Assembly: GCA_943330855.2 (NCBI GenBank)
Contig: CALQJI020000012.1
Coordinates: forward strand, 6,397-70,396
DNA: 64,000 nucleotides
Direction of reading: 5' to 3'
Origin: Klebsiella pneumoniae
Lineage (GTDB): Bacteria > Verrucomicrobiota > Verrucomicrobiia > Limisphaerales > SXTU01
Every line of letters starts with the position of its first letter. The stretch's first letter is position 1. A program made the translations under genes and the position numbers. The notes beneath the pieces were generated by a model. It was given only the letters and a program-made list of their open reading frames with translations, did no database searches and was not told the DNA's origin. Below are positions 31,310-38,244 of the stretch, in pieces.

Positions 31310-32779
31310 ATGAACCCATTCCCCAATTCTCAGCCCATGCCGCAAAACCGCCGAGACTTCATGCTCCGCTGCGGCGGCGGTGCCGGCGCGCTCGCGATCT
31401 CCACCCTACTCGCTGATTCCGCGCGCGGGCAGAACTTCACGCAGAACCGGCGCGTTGACCTGATGCAGCCGCTCACGCCGCGCCAGCCGCACTACGCGGC
31501 GAAGGCCAAGCGCGTCCTCTGGCTCTTCCAATACGGCGCGCCGCCGAGCATGGACTTGTTCGACTACAAGCCCGAGCTGCACAAGCTCCACGGCAAGCCC
31601 GTGCCGGACAGCATCAAGAACATCAAGGACAAGGTCGGTGGTGTCTTCAACTCGTCGAAGAACGAGCTGTTGGCGGGCTCGTGGAAGTGGGCGCAGCAGG
31701 GTCGCTGCGGCGCGTGGGCGAGCGAGCTGATGCCCCACACCGCGAAGCACGTGGACGACCTTTGCTTCATCAAGTCGCTGCACTGCGAGTCGTCGAACCA
31801 CGCGCCCGCCACTTACCAGATGAACACCGGCGTCATCCTCGGCGACCGGCCCAGCGTCGGCTCGTGGCTCACCTACGGCCTCGGCTCGGAGAACCAGAAT
31901 CTGCCGGCCTTCGTGGTGTTGTTCCAGGTCGGCGGCTTCGGCGGCACGGCGAACTGGTCGAATGCGTTTCTGCCGGCGGCGTTTCAGGCGACGAAGTTCC
32001 GGCACGAAGGCGAACCGGTCTTCAACTTGAAGCCGCCCGCCGAACTGGCCGGCACACAGCGCGACACGCTGGATTTGATTCAATCGTTCAACCGGACGCA
32101 TCGTGACGCGCGGCCCGGCCTGCTGGACCTCGACGGGCGCATCGCGGCCTACGAGTTGGCGTATCGGATGCAGGCTGAGGCGCTCGACGTGGGCGACTTG
32201 TCCGGTGAGTCCGCCGCGACGCTGGAGCTTTACGGGGTGAACGACCCGAAGCGCATCAAGGCGCAGTATGGCCGCCAGTGCCTGCTCGCGCGGCGGCTGC
32301 TGGAGCGCGGCGTGCGCGTGGTGCAGGTCTATCAGGGCGTGGACAAATACGGCTGGGATGGCCACGACGACAATAAGGTTTACGCCGAGCGCAACGCGCA
32401 CCAGACCGACCAGGCCACCGCCGCCTTGCTCACGGACCTCAAGCAGCGCGGTTTGCTCGACGACACGCTCGTGGTCTGGGCGGGCGAGTTTGGCCGCACG
32501 CCGATGCTGCAAGGCGGCGCGGGCCGCAACCATAACCCCTACGGTTTCACGGGTTGGCTCGCGGGCGGCGGCGTGGAGGGCGGCCAAAGCATCGGCGCGA
32601 CGGATGCTATCGGCCTGCGCGCGGAGCAGGACCCGAAGTCGGTGAAGGATTTCCACGCGACGATTCTGCACGCGCTGGGCTTGGCGAACGACGACCTGTT
32701 CTTCGAGCACAACGGCCGCCCCGAGCGGCTCACTGGCGTGGCCGGGACGGCGACGGTGATTCGCGAGGCGTTTGCCTGA
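31310..32779 (+). CDS. DUF1501 domain protein (sulfatase-fold, Tat signal), usual partner of PSD1 proteins
   Basis: The Tat leader is NRRDFMLRCGGGAGALAI. WAGEFGRTP and GRNHNPYGFT are typical DUF1501 segments. The gene starts 4 nt after the PSD1 stop. Confidence 0.85.
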   Translation: MNPFPNSQPMPQNRRDFMLRCGGGAGALAISTLLADSARGQNFTQNRRVDLMQPLTPRQPHYAAKAKRVLWLFQYGAPPSMDLFDYKPELHKLHGKPVPDSIKNIKDKVGGVFNSSKNELLAGSWKWAQQGRCGAWASELMPHTAKHVDDLCFIKSLHCESSNHAPATYQMNTGVILGDRPSVGSWLTYGLGSENQNLPAFVVLFQVGGFGGTANWSNAFLPAAFQATKFRHEGEPVFNLKPPAELAGTQRDTLDLIQSFNRTHRDARPGLLDLDGRIAAYELAYRMQAEALDVGDLSGESAATLELYGVNDPKRIKAQYGRQCLLARRLLERGVRVVQVYQGVDKYGWDGHDDNKVYAERNAHQTDQATAALLTDLKQRGLLDDTLVVWAGEFGRTPMLQGGAGRNHNPYGFTGWLAGGGVEGGQSIGATDAIGLRAEQDPKSVKDFHATILHALGLANDDLFFEHNGRPERLTGVAGTATVIREAFA

Positions 32780-32808
32780 GCCTCGTGCCGCCTGCTACGA
32801 TCACGCTC

Positions 32809-33216
32809 ATGAGCGCATCACCTCTCACCGTGGAAAACGAGTTCGCCCACCGCATGGCCGCGCTGGGTGTGCGCGAGGGCGACCTCGAGGAATCCTTCGT
32901 TCGCTCCGGCGGGCACGGCGGGCAGAACGTCAACAAGACCTCCACGTGCGTGATGATGGTCCATCGGCCGACGGGGTTGCAGGTGAAGTGTCAGGAAACC
33001 CGCCACCAGGGCCTCAACCGCCAGATCGCGCGCCGGCTGTTGCTCGATAAGATCGCGGCGTTGCGGCAGGGAAAGATCACAGCTGCCCGCGCCGAGTTGG
33101 AGAAAGTCCGTCGCCAGAAGCGTAAGCGGTCCAAGGGTGCCAAGCGCCGGATGCTGGCGGACAAATCCCACCACGCGGGCAAGAAGGCCGCCCGTCGCCC
33201 GGTTGCGATGGAGTAG
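32809..33216 (+). CDS. arfB: Alternative ribosome-rescue factor ArfB-type peptidyl-tRNA hydrolase (RF-1 GGQ domain + basic tail)
   Basis: 135 aa. The GGQ motif lies in SGGHGGQNVNKTST. The C-terminal tail is Lys/Arg-rich (RRQKRKRSKGAKRR...). ATG at 32809. Confidence 0.75.
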   Translation: MSASPLTVENEFAHRMAALGVREGDLEESFVRSGGHGGQNVNKTSTCVMMVHRPTGLQVKCQETRHQGLNRQIARRLLLDKIAALRQGKITAARAELEKVRRQKRKRSKGAKRRMLADKSHHAGKKAARRPVAME

Positions 33217-33373
33217 TTTGTTGCTGCGGCTAGCCGGGGTGTTGTTGGCCACTCAGCCGGAAGCATTCTTTAGCCAGGGATGGAACACAGCTGAGACACG
33301 GACGGGGACGAGACTGCCGCATTCTGCGAGGGCTGTGGATGCGACCACCTCAGCCGAATCCATGCAAAAGAAA

Positions 33374-33506
33374 CCTCACGCCAAGGGCGCAAAGAGGAAG
33401 CGAGAAAGCCCACTCATCCACCGAAGTTTCGCTCACCGGCGGGTGACTTGTTTGCTTGAACGCAACTTCCCATTTTCTCTGCGTCATTCGCGTCCTTTGC
33501 GTGAGG
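33374..33506. repeat. MITE-like imperfect inverted repeat built from GCGCAAAG-type units
   Basis: The left arm is cctcacgccaagggcgcaaagagg (33374-33397). The reverse complement of the right arm (33477-33506) is cctcacgcaaaggacgcgaatgacgcagag. The first 20 nt match at 17 of 20 positions. It lies between the convergent arfB and isomerase stops. Confidence 0.6.
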
Positions 33507-33561
33507 CGCTCGGCATTGGACTGCATGGTCCCTGCACGTGCGATTGGAGGCGGGCACGCGC

Positions 33562-34374
33562 TCAGGCAAACGACTTCTTCAAATACTCGATGCTCTGGGT
33601 CGCGATGACCTCCGGGCCTTCCGTGAAATCAAACACCTCCACCGACACGTAGCCGTCGTAGCCCACTTCCTTCAGCGCGGCGGCGATGGGAACGAAATCC
33701 ACGCTGCCGAAGCCGGGGCCTTTTAGATTCACATCGTTGGCGTGGAAGTAGGCGAAATCACCCCGGCTCTCCCGGATGATTTGTGGGATGGGCTTGGCCT
33801 CGGAGGACATCGCCTTCACGTCGAGGATGACTTTGAAGTTCGGCGAGTTGAGCTGCTTTGTGAACCGGATGCCCTCTTCCGCCGTGTTGATGAAATTCGT
33901 CTCAGCAGGCGCGAGCGGCTCGAAGCAAATCGTCACGCCCCGGTCCTCCGCGCGCTTCACCGCGTCGCGGAACACGTCCGTGCCCCACGTCCACGCCTGC
34001 TCAAACGCGACGCCGGGCATCACGTTGCGCTGCTTGGGCGAGCCGACAACGATGATGCGCCCACCGAAGTCCGCGCAGCAGTCCACGAGGTCGCAGAAGT
34101 AGCGTGCGGTCTTCGCGCGCACCGCCGCGTCCGGGCTGGTGAGATACATCCCTTCGGCCTTCACGAGCACCCAGTGAATGCCGGAAATCGCAATGCCCGC
34201 TAGGGCCGCCGCGTCCTTGATGCGCGCGCGCTCGGCGGCGGAAATCTCCGTGACATAGTTCGCGAGCGTGAAGGGCGCGATCTCCACCGCGTCGTAACCC
34301 GCCTTCGCCGCGTAAGTGAAGGTGTCCTCAATTTTCCAGCCTTGGAATATCTCGTTGCAGATGCCGAATTTCAT
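33562..34374 (-). CDS. Sugar phosphate isomerase/epimerase (xylose-isomerase-like TIM barrel)
   Basis: MKFGICNEIFQGWKIEDTF...YDAVEIAP...GYDGYVSVEVFD follow the typical family pattern. ATG at 34372-34374. Confidence 0.75.
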   Translation of the reverse strand: MKFGICNEIFQGWKIEDTFTYAAKAGYDAVEIAPFTLANYVTEISAAERARIKDAAALAGIAISGIHWVLVKAEGMYLTSPDAAVRAKTARYFCDLVDCCADFGGRIIVVGSPKQRNVMPGVAFEQAWTWGTDVFRDAVKRAEDRGVTICFEPLAPAETNFINTAEEGIRFTKQLNSPNFKVILDVKAMSSEAKPIPQIIRESRGDFAYFHANDVNLKGPGFGSVDFVPIAAALKEVGYDGYVSVEVFDFTEGPEVIATQSIEYLKKSFA

Positions 34375-34485
34375 GTGGGCGATTAAGTCGCGGCACCGAC
34401 GACGAGGGCAAGACAATCGTGGGTTGGAGTGAAGGAACAGGAAGTCGGCGGGGGCGGCACTGCCAAAAGGGTGTTGGCGCGCGAA

Positions 34486-34603
34486 GCGTCTGGACTGCGG
34501 TGGCTTCAGCGCCGCTGTTTTGCTGGAGGGCATGAACGGGCTGCGAGTTCACCACCGGCATACGCACGGAAAAGCGGTGCTAAAGCCACCGCAGTCCAAG
34601 CGC
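34486..34603. repeat. REP-like imperfect inverted repeat (~31-nt arms, 56-nt spacer)
   Basis: gcgtctggactgcggtggcttcagcgccgct (34486-34516) pairs with agcggtgctaaagccaccgcagtccaagcgc (34573-34603). It lies in the 350-nt divergent intergenic region. Confidence 0.6.
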
Positions 34604-34724
34604 TCCGTGACCTCTCCCCCGCTGGGTGCAGGGGCGCCACAGGTGGCCGCGCCGTTTTGGGGAAACCCGCTTCCGCAGCGTTCCCAGTCTTGCCCCGCGC
34701 GGTGGGAGCGGGCATGAAATCGGC

Positions 34725-35090
34725 ATGAACTTATTTCTGGCCGGTGTCATAGGCCTCGTTGGCGGCATCGCCAGCGGGTTGTTTGGTGTGGGCGGCGGCG
34801 TGGTGATGGTGCCGGCGATGTTGCTCCTGCTCGGTTCCCAGGTGACCGACATCAAGCAAGCCATCGGCACATCGCTTGCGGTCATCGTGCCGACGGCGCT
34901 GGTCGGCTCATGGAAACACCACGGGCAGGGCAACGTCCTCTGGCCAGTAGTCGCCGCGCTGATGCCGACGGCGCTGGCGGGCGGCTACCTCGGTGCATGG
35001 CTCACGACGAAGATTCCGGCGGACGATTTGAAGAAGGCATTCGGCGGCTTCCTCGTGCTGGTCGGGTGCAAGCTGCTGTTCTTCAAGTGA
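34725..35090 (+). CDS. TauE/SafE (TSUP) family membrane transporter, half-size
   Basis: 121 aa with MNLFLAGVIGLVGGIASGLFGVGGGVVMVPAML and about four TM segments. ATG at 34725. Confidence 0.65.
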   Translation: MNLFLAGVIGLVGGIASGLFGVGGGVVMVPAMLLLLGSQVTDIKQAIGTSLAVIVPTALVGSWKHHGQGNVLWPVVAALMPTALAGGYLGAWLTTKIPADDLKKAFGGFLVLVGCKLLFFK

Positions 35091-35258
35091 GGGGAATCGC
35101 ATTGCCCCGGCTCAGGCTTCGCGCCGCTCCCAGCCTGCGAGCACACTTTGGATCGCGCCCCGCACTTGCTCCCGCGCCTGTTGGCGGTCGCCGTGGCGCA
35201 TGGGTGTTTTCGGCCTGCGGGGAGGATTTCGGTGGTTTGCTCATGCGGGTTCGTTCGT

Positions 35259-35531
35259 TCACTCCCCCAACCGCACGATGGCCGCATACACATGACCCAT
35301 CTGGCCGCGCTCGAACCGCCCCGACAACGCCCGCATCACCGCGCCCTTGTCCCGCGTGAGTGAGAGGCCCTGCGCCCGCAGTGCCGCGTAAGCCTCGCGC
35401 ACGCCTTGCCGGAAGGCCTGCTCCGCGTTCACCTGTCGCAGCGCGTCGTCAATGTTCGCGCGGAACTTCTCGATGTCGTCCGCCTGATACTCCTCCAGCA
35501 ACAGCGGCAGGAGCGTCTCGAAGTTCAGCAC
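35259..35531 (-). CDS. Probable C-terminal continuation of the ligase-type gene in a shifted frame
   Basis: The track start is GTG with no nearby ATG. The frame is open upstream to 35639 and overlaps the tail of ORF 35449-36402. Its helical-looking sequence ...LNFETLLPLLLEEYQADDIEKFRANIDDALRQV... reads like real protein. Confidence 0.4.
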   Translation of the reverse strand: MLNFETLLPLLLEEYQADDIEKFRANIDDALRQVNAEQAFRQGVREAYAALRAQGLSLTRDKGAVMRALSGRFERGQMGHVYAAIVRLGE

Positions 35532-36402
35532 ATCCGCCGTCTCCAGCGCATTCCAGCACGTGGCGATAACGGCGACCTTTATTGATGCCCGTGGCCCAGT
35601 GGATGGCCTCCACGCTCTCCGGCTTGCACTTCCACAACGTCACGCGGCCCGACGGTTCGGTCACATACCACACCGCGCCCTCCGTGCCGGACAGCTTGTC
35701 GTCCCCCGCCGGCTGGTTCCGCCGCTCCATCTCCTCGCGGAGCGTCTGGAAACGCGCCACCGGGTCATCGCCCGCGCGCAGCTCACCGATGAGCGGCGCG
35801 ACCGGCACGCTGCCCGTCTGCAACTGAAACGGCCCCACCGACGCCGCATCCGCTGTCCGCACGCCGAAGAGCACTGCCACCGCCAGCGGCACGTCGTAGG
35901 CGATGAGATGGGCGTTGCGCGCGCCGAACATCTCGAAGCTCACATGGCAGCCGTTCGCCTCCACCAGCCCCGGCAGGTCCGGATGCCGCGCCAGCAGCTC
36001 GCGCCAGTAATCGAGGAACGGCCCCCACTTGCTGTTCCGCAGCACCGGCGAGAGCCGCAGCTTGTAGGTGAGCCGCCAGCGTCCGTCCGCGTCCGCGTAG
36101 CGATAGGCCAGCACGTTCGTCCCATCGAGCTTCTCGTAGAGGTGCGCCGACGCGATGGGCGGGAAGTGGAACCGCCCGTTCTTGCCGAAGGGATAATGCA
36201 GCTTGGGCGTGGCGAAGATGCGCTGCGGCGCAGGCCGCCCGTCCACGCGCAGCAACGCCAGCCCGCCGTAAGTGTGGTTCGGCTTCTGGCAGAGAAACCC
36301 CTCCAGCCGCACCTCGTCATTGAACGGGTCGGTCACATCGAACGGTTGGAGAAACTTCGCGTCCACGCCCAGTAGTTCGGCGGCTTGTTCGAGGTCGGTC
36401 AT
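35449..36402 (-). CDS. RNA-ligase-type covalent nucleotidyltransferase (KxDG), apparently frameshifted near its 3' end
   Basis: The motif set occurs in canonical order: I YEKLDGTN (nt 36115-36135), III-like SFEMFG, IV EGAVWY and V TLWKCKP. I used the ATG at 36400-36402 (MTDLEQ). The last ~40 codons are Arg/Gly-rich and look out of frame. Confidence 0.7.
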   Translation of the reverse strand: MTDLEQAAELLGVDAKFLQPFDVTDPFNDEVRLEGFLCQKPNHTYGGLALLRVDGRPAPQRIFATPKLHYPFGKNGRFHFPPIASAHLYEKLDGTNVLAYRYADADGRWRLTYKLRLSPVLRNSKWGPFLDYWRELLARHPDLPGLVEANGCHVSFEMFGARNAHLIAYDVPLAVAVLFGVRTADAASVGPFQLQTGSVPVAPLIGELRAGDDPVARFQTLREEMERRNQPAGDDKLSGTEGAVWYVTEPSGRVTLWKCKPESVEAIHWATGINKGRRYRHVLECAGDGGCAELRDAPAAVAGGVSGGRHREVPREH

Positions 36403-36482
36403 GTGCTGACTTTGCCATCCGAGAATTGTTCCCGAAAGCCAATAACCGGACCACCAGCAGCGGCGCAACTGCCCCGTGCCAC

Positions 36483-37373
36483 TCACCCCGGCGGCCAGCC
36501 CTTCGGCTCGCGGCCGAAAACCGCCTCATAGGCCCGCACCGTTGACGGTGGCGGACAGTCCATGGCCTCACGGCGAGATTGCTCGTTGCCCTCGGCCAGT
36601 TCCGCGCGGACGCGCTCCAGTTCCTCCTGCCGCTCCTTCGCCTCCTGCTCCTTCGCGAACGCCTCCGACGGCGAGTAGTCCTCCGGCTTCTGCTTCTCCA
36701 ACGCGTCCCGCAGCGGCGACAAGTCCACCAACCCCACCTCAGGAAAATGATATTCCCAATCCGCGCCCAGCGATTTAATCCGGCGGAACACCATCCGATA
36801 CACGGGCGTCAGGTCGGTGCGCTCGTGAATGCCCGAACACGAAATCCACGACGTGCCCATGTAAAAGCGCAGATAGTCCCCATTCCACCACTCATCCATC
36901 TGGCCATCCAAGTAGCTGGCCAAGAATCCGCCGGCGGCCCGAAACGATCCGATGTCCACCACCCGGCCGGGCCCCGTGATGATCTCATGATTGTCCGAGA
37001 ACACGTCCCACAAACACCGTCCCACCAGTTCCGTCACTTCGGCCAAAGCGTCCACCGGTGCCTCGGTCCAATCCGCCGACACCTCTTCCAACGTGGGCGC
37101 TGGTGTTGGTGCCAGCTTCGGATTGTCCGGCTCGCGCTCGCGCCGGATGCGGATCAACTCCTCGAGGTTCCGGTGCATCCGCAAGGACTCCTGGAACACC
37201 TGCTCCGCCGACGGGTGGAAGCACGCCAGCAACGGCGACTTCTCCCAACCCTCCGGCGCAAGCTCCCCCAGCACGTCCGCCCCGGCGAAGCCGTGCGGAA
37301 ACAGCCGGTCAAAAAACGCCTTCAACTCGGCGTCGGTCAGGCGGTTGGTTTGCTCATGGTCCATGATTGGCAT
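36483..37373 (-). CDS. Hypothetical protein (296 aa), no family recognised
   Basis: The ATG at 37371-37373 overlaps the end of the JetD-like gene by 20 nt. Codon usage is protein-like and the C-terminal part is acidic coiled coil (EAFAKEQEAKERQEELERVRAELAE). Confidence 0.55.
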   Translation of the reverse strand: MPIMDHEQTNRLTDAELKAFFDRLFPHGFAGADVLGELAPEGWEKSPLLACFHPSAEQVFQESLRMHRNLEELIRIRREREPDNPKLAPTPAPTLEEVSADWTEAPVDALAEVTELVGRCLWDVFSDNHEIITGPGRVVDIGSFRAAGGFLASYLDGQMDEWWNGDYLRFYMGTSWISCSGIHERTDLTPVYRMVFRRIKSLGADWEYHFPEVGLVDLSPLRDALEKQKPEDYSPSEAFAKEQEAKERQEELERVRAELAEGNEQSRREAMDCPPPSTVRAYEAVFGREPKGWPPG

Positions 37374-38244
37374 CTTCGATCTGCGACTTGGTTTCGGACG
37401 CCAACAGCAATGCCTCCTGCTCCAGGCCGGCGTTGTGCTCGCTGATCAAATGGACGACCTGGCGCACTTCGCTGGAGTCGCTGGTTCGCAAGCGGGTGAG
37501 CAGGGATTGAGATGGGGAGTTGGCCAGTAACTCGCGCTTGGAGAAGCGGCGGAAGAGTTCCGGCAACTGCGTTGGCAGATGAAGCCGCGCTCGCGACCCC
37601 AGCCGCGCTCGCACACGCTCGAACTCATCGAGGCCAGTCGGGTCGTAGTCGGGAAGATGCCAGAGCTGGAACGCCCCGTCGGTCTGCGCCCCCAGCCAGT
37701 CGAGCAGACGATTCGAGCCGCGTCCCCGTCCGTGGATGGCCAGTGTCACCGCCAGCCCCAAAGATTCCACGGCGAGAAAGACCGCCGGGTTCTCGACCAA
37801 TGCACAGGTGCCATGCAGCGACCACGCGGGCGTTTCTCCGAGCGCAAAGGAAAACACGCCGTTCCGCTCCGTCGCCAGTGCCGCCTCCGCATCCTTGCCA
37901 TCGCGTCGCAGGACGCCGGATGCGAAGCAGCGCACGCAGACGATTTCGGGCGTGTCGTTGGCAAGCGCCTTTGAGTCGCGAAAGCGGGCGACTCCGGTGA
38001 CGCGGGCAGACGCATTTCCGGGTGTGCCTGATTCCGGGAACTCGATTCGTCGGAACGCTCGCAGTGCCGCCACGTCTCGCACTACCAGCCGCCGGCCCGC
38101 TCTGGAACGCTCCTCGACCACCACGCTGCCCTGGATCAAAGGCTTCAGCGCCTGGAGTAACGACCCGCTGCACTCGGAACGCGGCAGTGAACCCCGCTCC
38201 AGCAGCGCGTCCAATCGCGCGCAGATGTTCTCCCGCGCCGTCAT
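37354..38244 (-). CDS. Toprim-domain protein resembling the Wadjet JetD / MksG C-terminal (DUF2220-like) domain
   Basis: CALVENPAVFLAV (Toprim Glu) and WHLPDYDPTGLDEF (DxD) have the spacing seen in JetD-type Toprim domains. The ATG overlaps the stop of the SMC-like gene (ATGA). Confidence 0.6.
   Translation of the reverse strand: MTARENICARLDALLERGSLPRSECSGSLLQALKPLIQGSVVVEERSRAGRRLVVRDVAALRAFRRIEFPESGTPGNASARVTGVARFRDSKALANDTPEIVCVRCFASGVLRRDGKDAEAALATERNGVFSFALGETPAWSLHGTCALVENPAVFLAVESLGLAVTLAIHGRGRGSNRLLDWLGAQTDGAFQLWHLPDYDPTGLDEFERVRARLGSRARLHLPTQLPELFRRFSKRELLANSPSQSLLTRLRTSDSSEVRQVVHLISEHNAGLEQEALLLASETKSQIEDANHGP

Noticed and set aside
33137-33652. A 171-aa plus-strand ORF covering the arfB-isomerase spacer
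   Set aside because: It overlaps the ends of two well-supported genes and the inverted-repeat element. The translation is low-complexity and Arg/Ser/Thr-rich, with no motif.
35091-35258. Search for a second purB-like or other direct repeat marking a left boundary of the whole Wadjet-like region as an island
   Set aside because: No repeat of the purB 3' sequence or of any right-end sequence was found by eye. I therefore cannot support the claim that the whole 7.5-kb operon is a discrete island.
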